A stretch of DNA of 64,000 nt from Actinomycetota bacterium. GTDB taxonomy: Bacteria > Actinomycetota > Geothermincolia > Fen-727 > JAQUKT01. Location: the NCBI GenBank assembly GCA_028718945.1, contig JAQUKT010000001.1, forward strand, positions 11,997 to 75,996, written 5' to 3'. Below the pieces are notes generated by a model that was not told the DNA's origin, searched no databases, and was given only the letters and a program-made list of their open reading frames with translations. Positions 37,313 to 46,858 of this stretch are shown here, piece by piece (position 1 is the first letter of the stretch; every line of letters begins with the position of its first letter). The translations under genes were made by a program, and so were the position numbers.

Positions 37313-37448
37313 TTCCTCTTTAAGAATGTCACATAGACAACATTGATAATAATTAACGGATAATAATCTTGACTAATCACTACCCTAATGCTATGCTTGT
37401 ATTGCTTGTTGTAATGTTCATTTGAAGTCAGGAAAGGAGGAGAATTCA

Positions 37449-37628
37449 ATGAACGAACTGGAAAGATTCCTCAGAGAAGAGGAAGCGCAAACAACAGCGG
37501 AGTATGCACTGGTAATCTTGGGCGCCGCAGCCGTTGCCGGGGTTCTTATTACCTGGGTTGGCGGTGGCGATACAATCAAGAAGTTTTTCAAGAAAATATT
37601 CGACAAACTCATTGAAGCAGTCGGGTAA
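37449..37628 (+). CDS. flp: Flp-family type IVb pilin
   Basis: SD GGAGG precedes ATG at 37449. The product MNELERFLREEEAQTTAEYALVILGAAAVAGVLI matches the Flp class-III leader plus TAEYALV core. Confidence 0.8.
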   Translation: MNELERFLREEEAQTTAEYALVILGAAAVAGVLITWVGGGDTIKKFFKKIFDKLIEAVG

Positions 37629-37630
37629 AG

Positions 37631-38143
37631 ATGCTCCAGTTAATATTGCTCATTGCCTTCAGCGGTGCCTCGATTTACTTCGACTTGAAATTTGGGCGGG
37701 TCCCCAATTTACTCTGTGGTGCTGGTCTTGCTACAGGACTCGCCCTATCGATTGCGACAAAAGGATTGAGCGGTCTTGAAGAAAGCATTATTGGTTCTGC
37801 TCTCGGCTTTGTAATCCTCATTATTCCATTTCTTCTGCACATGGTTGGCGGAGGCGACGTCAAATTTCTTTCCGCCGCGGGGGCAATCGTGGGTTGGAGA
37901 GCTCTATGGCCCTCCTTCCTTTTAGGCTCATTTATGGGAGGTGTAATAGCACTTCTTCTTATGGTATGGAAAGACCGGTCCTTGTTTCCCTTGAGAAAAA
38001 GAATTGTGCTCATCCTCAATGGAGTTTGGCATCAGCCTGAATCAATGAAGCAAACAACTCGTGTGCCATTGATTCCTTACGCACTGCCACTTTCGCTCGG
38101 GCTGCTCCTTTTCAATTCAATGTACAAGATAGTGGGAAGGTGA
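37631..38143 (+). CDS. tadV: Prepilin peptidase TadV/CpaA (A24 family)
   Basis: 170-aa polytopic membrane protein with conserved Asp-containing motifs (YFDLKFGRVPN...GGGDVKF). Confidence 0.75.
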   Translation: MLQLILLIAFSGASIYFDLKFGRVPNLLCGAGLATGLALSIATKGLSGLEESIIGSALGFVILIIPFLLHMVGGGDVKFLSAAGAIVGWRALWPSFLLGSFMGGVIALLLMVWKDRSLFPLRKRIVLILNGVWHQPESMKQTTRVPLIPYALPLSLGLLLFNSMYKIVGR

Positions 38144-38150
38144 CTAACTG

Positions 38151-38549
38151 ATGCTATTTCGCAGACTTGTTCGTCACTCGCGCGGCCAGGCTACAGTAGA
38201 GTTTGTGATGGTGCTTCCCGTGCTCCTGATTGTAATAGCCGCGGCGTTTCAGACTACCCTGGCATTGAACTGCTGTCTCATGGTTTCATCTGCCTCGAGA
38301 GAAGGAGCAAGAAGAGGCGCTGAGACAGGCGATTCTGAGGAAGCCAAAAACGCGGCTCTTGATGCAGCAAGCGGGCTCCCGGGGGAGAAACCAAACATCG
38401 ATGTTGATTTTCCCTACGGACACTCAAAGGGGCAACCAATCAGGGTGAGGGTAAGCCATAGGATGCCCATTTTAATTCCCGGGCTCGAACACATCATTCC
38501 AGAAGTCAGTTTCACAAAATCTACATCAATGTCGCTGGAAAGAGAGTAA
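38151..38549 (+). CDS. tadE: TadE-like pseudopilin
   Basis: N-terminal GQATVEFVMVLPVLLIVIAAAFQ TadE-type motif. 132 aa. Confidence 0.7.
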   Translation: MLFRRLVRHSRGQATVEFVMVLPVLLIVIAAAFQTTLALNCCLMVSSASREGARRGAETGDSEEAKNAALDAASGLPGEKPNIDVDFPYGHSKGQPIRVRVSHRMPILIPGLEHIIPEVSFTKSTSMSLERE

Positions 38550-38554
38550 ATGCA

Positions 38555-39382
38555 ATGTTTAAGCGGTTTATCAGAAAAGATGAAGGAAGCATTACGCCTG
38601 TTATGTTCTGCGCGCTTGCTCTTATCATTCTTCTATGCGTTTTCATAGCAGACTTCGGGATGTTTATCCTGACAATGCATAGAGCACAGGATGCCGCTGA
38701 TGCCGCTGCTCTTTCAGCCGTCCAGGAATCCTTTCCACTTTTCTCATCGGGCTCTAATCCCGAAACGGTTGCAAAAAGATATTCCCGTGAAAATGGTGCC
38801 TCGCTGGAAACGCTCGAGGTTTTTTCAGGAGGAACAAAGGCACAGGTTGAGGTATCGGTCAAGGTCAAATCGCTAATCCTTGAGAAGTTTGGAATCACGC
38901 CCGAAGAAGTCAGAGCAAAAGCGGCGGCGGAAGTTGATATGGAAGCACTTATCGCAAGCAATGATATATGGCTTGTTGACCCATCAATCATACGTGAGAT
39001 AGTTGCTTCGCTCGGACCTCTTTCAAATCACCAGTCCAGTGCAACGATGGTAGTCCTCCTTGCCCTTCAGCATCTTGGGGAACCCTATGTCTCTGGTGCC
39101 CAGGGTCCAAATAAGTTTGATTGCAGCGGTTTAGTCTATTATGTATATGCGCAAGTAGGAATTCGCCTGCCAAGAGTTACCTTTGACCAGGTTCGTGTCG
39201 GTAAAGCAGTATCCTTGGAAAATCTTGAGCCAGGAGACCTCGTCTTCTTCAGGAAAAACGGTCATGTGGGCATATACATAGGTGCTGGTCAGTTCATACA
39301 CGCGCCACGAACTGGAGATGTTGTCAAAATATCACCACTTTCAAAAAGAAAAGACATATCGGCTTGCCGAAGAATCATTTGA
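38555..39382 (+). CDS. TadG-like pilus assembly protein fused to C-terminal NlpC/P60 (C40) peptidoglycan endopeptidase domain
   Basis: N-terminal TM plus Tad motif (RAQDAADAAALSAVQ). C-terminal DCSGLVYYVYAQVG...GDLVFF...HVGIYIG...FIHAP Cys-His-His catalytic arrangement. Confidence 0.7.
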   Translation: MFKRFIRKDEGSITPVMFCALALIILLCVFIADFGMFILTMHRAQDAADAAALSAVQESFPLFSSGSNPETVAKRYSRENGASLETLEVFSGGTKAQVEVSVKVKSLILEKFGITPEEVRAKAAAEVDMEALIASNDIWLVDPSIIREIVASLGPLSNHQSSATMVVLLALQHLGEPYVSGAQGPNKFDCSGLVYYVYAQVGIRLPRVTFDQVRVGKAVSLENLEPGDLVFFRKNGHVGIYIGAGQFIHAPRTGDVVKISPLSKRKDISACRRII

Positions 39383-39402
39383 GAGCAAAAGTAAGCAGGC
39401 TT

Positions 39403-41100
39403 CTAAACAACAACCCTCAGTACTTCCTCTACTGAAGTTACCCCCTCCCTGCACTTCTCGAAGCCATCCATGCGCATTGTTTTCATGCCCTGCTCAACTG
39501 CAACCTTTTTGATATCGGCCGTGCTCGCTTCTTCGAGGGTGAGCTGCTCTATCTCAGCACTCGTAAGCATTATCTCAACAAGAGCAATCCTTCCTTTGTA
39601 ACCGGTCCCATTGCAACGAGGACATCCCCCCTTTTTCGGTCGGTAAAGAACGATATCCTCACCGTCATCACAGGGGAAACCCCATCTTTCGAGTAGTCCT
39701 CTCGACGGCTCGTATGGCTCCTTGCAGGCACAAAGTCTCCTGCCAAGCCTCTGAGCGAGGGTTGCCACAATTCCAGAGGCTGTGAGGAAGGGCTCAATTC
39801 CCATCTCTGTGAGCCGGGTAATAGCTCCCGGAGCATCATTGGTATGCAGGGTGCTGAAAACAAGGTGTCCTGTGAGCGCTGACTCAATTGCAATCTGAGC
39901 GGTCTCGAGGTCTCTAATCTCACCGATCATTATTATGTCCGGTGAAGTTCTCAAAATCGAACGCAGGGCATTTGCGAAAGTGAGACCCGCCTTGGTATTT
40001 ATCTGAATCTGGTTTATTCCTGAAAGTCTGTACTCGACCGGGTCCTCAACAGTAGTGATATTTTTTGTTTCATCATTCAAAACATTCAGAGTGGCATAAA
40101 GAGTCGTGGACTTCCCGCTACCAGTTGGACCGGTTACTAAGATTGCACCATTAGGTCTCCTGAACGAATTTTCATACTTTCCTAAAGTCTCGCCATCATA
40201 ACCCAAGTCTGAGAGCCTCAAAAGGATACTTGATTTGTCAAGGATTCGGAAGACTATCTTTTCGCCGAAAACTGTCGGAAGCACTGCCACGCGGAAATCT
40301 ATAGGCTTCCCGTCCACTACCCTTTCATAATGACCATCCTGTGGTATTCTTTTCTCGGCAATGTTCAAATCCGACATAATTTTCAGTCGAGAAGATAGGG
40401 CTGGAAATGTTTTGATTGGCAGGCTTTTCATATCGTGAAGAACACCATCAACCCTGTATCTGATAACCAACTCCTTTTCCTGGGGGTCGAAATGAATATC
40501 GCTTGCTCCGCTCTTTACTGCCTCACCAATCACAAAACTTACAAATCTCACTATAGGTGCATCATCCACCATGATGCCAAGTGCCTCTGCGATTTCGCTG
40601 TCGTCATAAGCTGTCTCCTCAGCTGATAGAATTTCCTGCACTTCTGTAGCTTCCCCTGCTTCCCTGTAGTATGTCCTGATAGCATCTTCGATATCGGTTT
40701 TGGTAGCCACTACGGGTTTAACAGGATGACCGGTATACATCTTTACATCATCCAGGGCAAACAAGTTTGTAGGATCAGCCATTGCCACAATGAGGATAGT
40801 GTCATCAAAAGCAATCGGTATAGTGAGGTACCTGCTCGCAATTTTCTCATCCAGAAGGGCAACAGCCGACATGTCAACGTGGTAGGACGAAAGGTCAATA
40901 AATTCAAGCCCTAAGTGATTCGCAATGACTTCCGTCATTTTCTCCTCTGTGATAAAGCCCATATCTATCAGATTTCGAGAAAGTGACTTGCCCGTTTCCT
41001 TTTTTCTTTCAAGAGCCTCAATTAGCTGTTCCTCGGCTACTACTCCTTCATCTATAAGGAACTGGGTAAGTGATTTTGATTTTTTCGCTGCTTTTGCCAA
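39403..41100 (-). CDS. Type IV pilus/T2SS assembly ATPase PilB/GspE family
   Basis: N-terminal GSPII_E_N-like domain, Walker A GPTGSGKSTTLYA, tetracysteine motif CxxC...CxxC, 565 aa. Confidence 0.85.
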   Translation of the reverse strand: MAKAAKKSKSLTQFLIDEGVVAEEQLIEALERKKETGKSLSRNLIDMGFITEEKMTEVIANHLGLEFIDLSSYHVDMSAVALLDEKIASRYLTIPIAFDDTILIVAMADPTNLFALDDVKMYTGHPVKPVVATKTDIEDAIRTYYREAGEATEVQEILSAEETAYDDSEIAEALGIMVDDAPIVRFVSFVIGEAVKSGASDIHFDPQEKELVIRYRVDGVLHDMKSLPIKTFPALSSRLKIMSDLNIAEKRIPQDGHYERVVDGKPIDFRVAVLPTVFGEKIVFRILDKSSILLRLSDLGYDGETLGKYENSFRRPNGAILVTGPTGSGKSTTLYATLNVLNDETKNITTVEDPVEYRLSGINQIQINTKAGLTFANALRSILRTSPDIIMIGEIRDLETAQIAIESALTGHLVFSTLHTNDAPGAITRLTEMGIEPFLTASGIVATLAQRLGRRLCACKEPYEPSRGLLERWGFPCDDGEDIVLYRPKKGGCPRCNGTGYKGRIALVEIMLTSAEIEQLTLEEASTADIKKVAVEQGMKTMRMDGFEKCREGVTSVEEVLRVVV

Positions 41101-41208
41101 CTTTAAACCCTCCTCATCTTGTTGGTCCGAAGTTGACCTTAAATTCTACATATCTGCTTAAATTATACGCCAAAAGAGCATGCAAAATCCTTTTGTATTC
41201 ACCTTGTC

Positions 41209-42711
41209 CTAATGGTCAAATCTTTTGTCAACCACATGAAGTTCTTTTGTCTCACTTCCGACTTTTAGCCGCTCGAGCATTTCCTCCATTGAAAGGAACT
41301 CAACCCTGTTTGGCTTTATATCGGCGCGCTCAAAAACCAACCTCTTGAGCTCTTCCGAAAGCACTTCAAATTCAGCATTTTCGCCCGGAACAACGTAAAC
41401 ATTCATTACGTCAACCTCGAATGGATCTCCACGAGCCTTGTCAATTTCAACCTGCCATTCCCTCACAGAAGGATGTTCGCTCAAGACCTCGCGAAAAGCA
41501 GAAACATTCACGAGGGTTCCTTTTATCTTTTTGAACAGTATTCCTTTAACTGCTCCCCCCCTCGATATATCACCAACTAATCTTGGAACTATCCTGCCAC
41601 ACATAGGGCAAGGCTCGTGAACTATTCCACCCTCTACAAAATCTCCGGTCCTGAATCTTAGAAGAACAGTTCCTTGACCTTCAAGACAACTATATACAAG
41701 TTCACCGCCCTCTCCATCTGGAAGCACCTCTCCTGTATCCGGGTCAACTATCTCAAGATAATCCATGTCGGGATAGGTGTGATAACCGGTATTTTCCGCG
41801 CCTTCGAGACACTCCGAGTAACTCTTCCGAGCCTCAGTAAACCCGAAAGCAGCAACAATCTTGAAATCCCTCGCGCCCATATCCTCGAGAAGAAGAGACA
41901 TCTTGTCTCTCATCCCCTCGGGAATTCTCTCCCCTGCTACAAGAACAATCTTAACAGAGGAGAAATCACAACGAGATTCCGCTGCGACGCGAAGTAAATG
42001 GTAAACATAAGATGGCATCCCAACGATGCCGGTTGCCCCCATGTTCTCAATAGCGGAAATTATTCTCGTTGTTCCAAGTATCCGACCCCCGCCAGCATGA
42101 ATTGAGAATACGCCTGAATCATCCAAAGCATTGGCGACCATCCAGAAACCAAGGTGGGGCGCGAAAGGCATCGCATTCACCACTCTGACTTCGGGATACC
42201 TGTACGCCTTACCAAATCCGCACAAATCGAGGATTCTTCTTCCCGCTTCATTCATCCTCAAAACATCATCACCTGCATAAGCAATCGGGGTTGGTAAAGC
42301 ACTGGTTCCAGCAGTGAACTGGATGTGAACCGGACCGAACTTCCTCCATAAACGATATTGCGGATAATACTCACCTCTTGTAAGCTTCGCGAGTCTGTTA
42401 CGAATGAGCGAAACCCCTTTGAGCTCTGTCACAGTTTGCTCGTCAGGCTGGAGGACAAAATCCTCCGGCCTTGCTGGATTCTCAGCAGTTGGCGCGAGGT
42501 CCTCCTTGCATGTGAATGGAAGCCTTCTCAAATCCTTCACTGTTCTTATTTCTTCCGGTTTCACTCCGTTTTCGTCAAACAACTTTCTGTAGAAAGGACT
42601 GTAAGGGTAAAGCTGTGTCCGGACAAAATAGGCAAGTTTCCGGTTCCTGTATTCTGCCTGCTCTTCAAAAGTCATTCTTTCCCAGTTTCTCGAAAAAATT
42701 TCTCTTGCCAC
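41209..42711 (-). CDS. Phenylacetate-CoA ligase-like adenylate-forming enzyme (PaaK / coenzyme F390 synthetase family)
   Basis: 500 aa. Adenylation-domain features and overall PaaK-like organisation. No specific substrate inferable. Confidence 0.55.
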   Translation of the reverse strand: MAREIFSRNWERMTFEEQAEYRNRKLAYFVRTQLYPYSPFYRKLFDENGVKPEEIRTVKDLRRLPFTCKEDLAPTAENPARPEDFVLQPDEQTVTELKGVSLIRNRLAKLTRGEYYPQYRLWRKFGPVHIQFTAGTSALPTPIAYAGDDVLRMNEAGRRILDLCGFGKAYRYPEVRVVNAMPFAPHLGFWMVANALDDSGVFSIHAGGGRILGTTRIISAIENMGATGIVGMPSYVYHLLRVAAESRCDFSSVKIVLVAGERIPEGMRDKMSLLLEDMGARDFKIVAAFGFTEARKSYSECLEGAENTGYHTYPDMDYLEIVDPDTGEVLPDGEGGELVYSCLEGQGTVLLRFRTGDFVEGGIVHEPCPMCGRIVPRLVGDISRGGAVKGILFKKIKGTLVNVSAFREVLSEHPSVREWQVEIDKARGDPFEVDVMNVYVVPGENAEFEVLSEELKRLVFERADIKPNRVEFLSMEEMLERLKVGSETKELHVVDKRFDH

Positions 42712-42896
42712 AAAATCACCTTCCGTTCAGTATTGTAACCTGCCAAATCTATTAGATACTATTTTAATTAACTCAGACAGAAATAACTAAGTGCTTGCGG
42801 TTGATAATTAGGTGATTTTATCTAATTTTGGATATGGAAAAACGACCAACACATGGTTATGTTATTATTCTTAGAACAAAAGAGGTATATGGGAAT

Positions 42897-43358
42897 ATGA
42901 AAAGGTTCTGCGTTCATGTAACGATATTTTCTACAGTGGTTTTTCTCCTTCTGGTAATGCAAGCAGGCTGTGGAGGAAAGCCCTCAAAGCCTTCAGTCCT
43001 CACATTCTCAAGCAAGGATTCAAAATCAGCCAAGGAATTCAAGCAAACCCTTGACAAGCTTAAGAAAAAATACGAAGGAAGAGTCGTTTTCATTGACTAT
43101 GACATGAAAAATACGAAGAACAAAAAAATCATCGAGAAGTATCATGTAACAATGGACCCCACTTACGTTGTGCTCAACGCAAAAGGCGAGGTAAAAGAGA
43201 CTTTTTTGGGAAAACCTTATGAAGAAATGCTCAGAGGCGCAATAGAAAGCTATATCCCGCACAAAGGAAAAAATGCGCCGCAAACATCTACTCCTTCAAT
43301 ATCAGTTCCCACCCCGCTGAGCACTGAGCCTATACCGGGCACCAAATCAACGCCTTAG
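42897..43358 (+). CDS. Thioredoxin-fold-like lipoprotein (no CxxC), hypothetical
   Basis: SD AGAGG precedes ATG at 42897. Lipobox LVMQAGCGG. Thioredoxin-like beta-alpha pattern (VVFIDYDM...YHVTMDPTYVVLNAKGE). Confidence 0.5.
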   Translation: MKRFCVHVTIFSTVVFLLLVMQAGCGGKPSKPSVLTFSSKDSKSAKEFKQTLDKLKKKYEGRVVFIDYDMKNTKNKKIIEKYHVTMDPTYVVLNAKGEVKETFLGKPYEEMLRGAIESYIPHKGKNAPQTSTPSISVPTPLSTEPIPGTKSTP

Positions 43359-43568
43359 GAATTTTCCTGAAAGATCAAATCTTTTCAAGGAGTGAAAAAT
43401 GCCTCATCGGGAAAGAGTAAACCCAAGTGATAAAAGAAAGCTTTTGGTCAATCTCACCATATCAGCAGTATTTCTTTCACTTTTTCTGTATGGTCTTCTC
43501 TCAGGCGGTTTTCATGAGGTATTCACAAATGGAATTCGAATTTGCCTTGACTGCATGGGCATAATCTG

Positions 43569-44462
43569 ATGCAAACTCGTCGCTATAGCCAGGTTCTTTC
43601 AACTTTAGCCGCAAACCCGTATATCGCATATTTCAAAACAAGGGTTATTTACCAGGGGAAGATCAAAGGGATTTGCTTCCCGGGTCTAAATTGTCATGCA
43701 TGCCCCCTTGCCATCTTCTCCTGCCCAATAGGAAGCCTCCAACACTCCATGGCAATCATGAGCCCTTCAGATAAACTGGCTCAAGTTAGCGGACAAAACC
43801 TCTCGGGGGGTTCTTCTTCACTTTCAGCATTTCTTTATGTGACCGGATTCATTGGTCTAATTGGCTCCATTGTGGGAAGGATACCATGTGGGTGGCTCTG
43901 CCCTTTTGGGTTTCTTCAGGACATTCTATATAAGATTCCCCTAAGAAAAATTCGCTTTCCGTCAAAAGTAAGATACCTAAAATACTTTTCCCTCTTTATC
44001 GTCGCGATGCTTATTCCATTCTTAACCGGAGTTCACTGGTTCTCGAGGCTCTGCCCGGCAGGGACGCTCGAGGGGCTTCTCCCCTTACGAGCCATACCTC
44101 CCTTCCCTTCCCTTCCCCCCGGCGGGTGGTTCGTCTGGCTCAAAATTTTTATTCTTGCTTTTATTATGCTCTGGTCAATTTTCACCTCCAGACCATTCTG
44201 CAGAGCAATCTGCCCTCTTGGAGCCGCACTCTCGCTTTTCAACCCGATAAGTCTTTATCGGATGGAAGTAAAAAGCGAAAGGTGTACGAATTGCGGAAAA
44301 TGCAAAAATGTTTGCCCCGTAGGTGTCGATGTAACCTTAGAGCCGAACTCACATGAGTGCATAAGATGCCTTACCTGCAAAAAAGAATGCCCGACCGGTG
44401 CAATCGATAGCGGTTTTCTTCTCTTGAAAACGAGAAAAAAGCAGGAGCAAAAAGCTAAATAA
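43569..44462 (+). CDS. Membrane-bound polyferredoxin (NapH/MauN-like 4Fe-4S protein)
   Basis: TM helices plus CxxCxxCxxxCP motifs (CTNCGKCKNVCPVG, CIRCLTCKKECPTG) and an N-terminal CHACPLAIFSCP. Confidence 0.65.
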   Translation: MQTRRYSQVLSTLAANPYIAYFKTRVIYQGKIKGICFPGLNCHACPLAIFSCPIGSLQHSMAIMSPSDKLAQVSGQNLSGGSSSLSAFLYVTGFIGLIGSIVGRIPCGWLCPFGFLQDILYKIPLRKIRFPSKVRYLKYFSLFIVAMLIPFLTGVHWFSRLCPAGTLEGLLPLRAIPPFPSLPPGGWFVWLKIFILAFIMLWSIFTSRPFCRAICPLGAALSLFNPISLYRMEVKSERCTNCGKCKNVCPVGVDVTLEPNSHECIRCLTCKKECPTGAIDSGFLLLKTRKKQEQKAK

Positions 44463-44511
44463 CAATAGAATTTCAGCTATCAGAAGAAAAAAGATCAATC
44501 ATATTCGCGCG

Positions 44512-44943
44512 CTACTTGAAAACGAACAGGTTCAGAAAAAGAAATACGAAAAACCCGACTGTAGCGCTGAAAACAAGCGATCCAATAGCTTTTCTCGTCC
44601 CCTCATTTATGCGAGTCATTACGAAGTCAAAGCCAAGCGCGGAAAATATCTCAAGCGCCCCAATTACAATCATCGGAATACAAATTATGCCCTTCCCGGG
44701 AAACCTATTCCACAACCAGACACCCATGAGCACAAGGAAAAAGCCCGAAAGGCAGAGCCCGAAGAATACCGTAAGCTGCTTCTTTGTATGGCAATTTCTT
44801 TTGCGTTGCAGCTCTTGCTGTTTTGCCTGCTTGTACTCAAAGGATTCACGAAAGGCTTTGTTTCTCTTTTCAAGTAAGCGTACGTATCCGGAAAAACCCC
44901 TCTTGAAAGTTTTAGATATCCTGTTTCCATTTGAACTGTTCAT
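44512..44943 (-). CDS. Small membrane protein (hypothetical), translationally coupled to upstream M23 gene
   Basis: 143 aa, basic N-terminus, 2-3 TM helices. ATGA overlap with the 44940-46580 gene. Confidence 0.45.
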   Translation of the reverse strand: MNSSNGNRISKTFKRGFSGYVRLLEKRNKAFRESFEYKQAKQQELQRKRNCHTKKQLTVFFGLCLSGFFLVLMGVWLWNRFPGKGIICIPMIVIGALEIFSALGFDFVMTRINEGTRKAIGSLVFSATVGFFVFLFLNLFVFK

Positions 44944-46580
44944 TCTATTACCTCCTTCGTTCCGACAACCTTTTCAGCACCTTCCTGAACTCCCGTTTTC
45001 ATTCCCCTGGATAAAATCTTGGAAGCGAGCCTTGATACAATTTCCTTCCCAAACCTTCCAAGTTTTTCTCTGAAGAAACGGAATTTAGACAAGAAGCCTC
45101 TAATCCCTTCACCGCCGAAAGCAAGAGAAAGAACTCCCATAAGAGCCCCTGTGGAAAACGCCGCGAAGCAATTAGCCCAAGTGACCGATGCTCCGCTCAA
45201 TTTACAGGCTGTTACGCTTACAATAACGCCAATTCCACCAGTTAGCCCAATGTGGGCAAGCCTTGTTGCGAATTTTATCCCCCCTTCTCTCATCAAGGTG
45301 ACCATACCCTCCTTCACAACCCTGCTTATTCCTCCCGAAAAGAAGCCTATGCAGGCAGCAATAGCAATTGAAGTCCAGCTTGGCCTGCTCCAGGTAATGC
45401 CGCACTTGAGTAGTTCAAATCCAAGAGAAAAAGACGCACTTTTCAGCCCCTCCTTCATGAACCCAAAAAGAGTGAGCTTTAAGAATCCCTGAGCAATCGC
45501 TCCAGAAAGAACCCCAACGCAAACAACGAATAATCCTGCCGAGGCGCCTGCCGTCAGGCCCGCGATGAAGCACGATAGGAAAATAGAGTTGCCGGGATGT
45601 GTTGCCGCAACATAAAAAGAAAAACCAATTGATGAAAGAGCAGCAACAGCAGCTGCTATCAGCGCAAATGTTGCGCTAACAGGAAGGAAAATCACCGCTA
45701 CGACAACTATACCTATTGCCACCACCGCAGCGCAAATTGCAGCAACCGTAGCCTGAACCCACCTGTTCCTCCAAACCCACAAGACTGCGGTTTTCGCTTT
45801 CCTTCCAACGAAACAAAGCCCGCTCCATATCCCCGAACCAGCAGCTTTGAGCCCCCTCAAACATAATGAACAACCGGAGCGGAGGGCATCATAAACCCCC
45901 TTGAAGGGACTCAAGCCCTTTGAGACAAAGGTCTTAAACCCATTCTTTATCCGGGTGAAGAAACCTGGACCACCACTTGAAGGCTCCGAACCGCCTACGG
46001 GATTCCTCACGGCTCTCTCGACAGGACACAACCTTATGAAGTCGCTTGCGTCTATTCCAGACATCAGGAGCCTTGGATCAATCGGAACACCATTCACAGA
46101 CGCGCTGAAATGAAGATGGCTTTGTGGACTGGAGTCGTCTCGTGTGCCGTAAACGGTCCCGATAACCTGACCGCGCCTAACCTTTTTGCCTTTCGAAACA
46201 TCTACGCGCTCGAGATCAAGATATGTTGTCTTTGCTCCACCGGAGTGCGCGATTGACACGAATCTTCCTCTCGGCAGTTCTCCTGTCCAGAGAACCTCTC
46301 CGTCGCCAGCCGATTTCACAGGAGTACCCTTTATGGCGGCAATATCAATGCCCTGGTGTCCACCCTCACCATAAGGTCCTGTTGGTTTCTCAAAGCCCCT
46401 GACTATTCGACCCCTCAAAGGCCATGAAAAGCCTGAAGGTGAAGCACTTGCGGGGACATTCGAGAACAAGAAAAGACAGGGAAGGGTAAGGAAAGCAAGC
46501 AAAATGCAAATTATTGTTTCGCGTTTTGTTTTACTAAAAATCATCTGAAAGTATCTTTCATGCTGGACTTTTCGCGGCAA
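44940..46580 (-). CDS. M23 family metallopeptidase fused to a C-terminal polytopic membrane domain
   Basis: Signal/TM, then M23 motifs (HQGIDIAA, GDGEV, HLHF), then about 300 aa of Gly/Ala-rich TM helices. Confidence 0.65.
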   Translation of the reverse strand: MPRKVQHERYFQMIFSKTKRETIICILLAFLTLPCLFLFSNVPASASPSGFSWPLRGRIVRGFEKPTGPYGEGGHQGIDIAAIKGTPVKSAGDGEVLWTGELPRGRFVSIAHSGGAKTTYLDLERVDVSKGKKVRRGQVIGTVYGTRDDSSPQSHLHFSASVNGVPIDPRLLMSGIDASDFIRLCPVERAVRNPVGGSEPSSGGPGFFTRIKNGFKTFVSKGLSPFKGVYDALRSGCSLCLRGLKAAGSGIWSGLCFVGRKAKTAVLWVWRNRWVQATVAAICAAVVAIGIVVVAVIFLPVSATFALIAAAVAALSSIGFSFYVAATHPGNSIFLSCFIAGLTAGASAGLFVVCVGVLSGAIAQGFLKLTLFGFMKEGLKSASFSLGFELLKCGITWSRPSWTSIAIAACIGFFSGGISRVVKEGMVTLMREGGIKFATRLAHIGLTGGIGVIVSVTACKLSGASVTWANCFAAFSTGALMGVLSLAFGGEGIRGFLSKFRFFREKLGRFGKEIVSRLASKILSRGMKTGVQEGAEKVVGTKEVIE

Positions 46581-46858
46581 AAACTATCTTAAGAAGCATA
46601 GCAAGCAAATTATAACCGACCAATTCAAGCAAGTCAACCAAAACCTACCTTTTTATCAAATTGAACAAAAAATTTCATCCGATAGAAGGATATTTTCATG
46701 AAAGGCTTTACTTCAAAGATTTTGTTTTCTATGATACTTGCCAAACCTGACGCAGGGCTCGGAATACCAGCATGGAAAAAACAAGGATTGCCTGTAATAG
46801 TACTCAAGGAATAAGTTTAATCTTGAATCGCATCTGAGGAATATGAAGAGGAGGAAAT

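Noticed and set aside
37422-37448. Upstream ATG extension of the flp pilin ORF (MKSGKEENS...)
   Set aside because: The internal ATG at 37449 has a canonical GGAGG Shine-Dalgarno sequence and yields the canonical Flp leader. The upstream start lacks an RBS.
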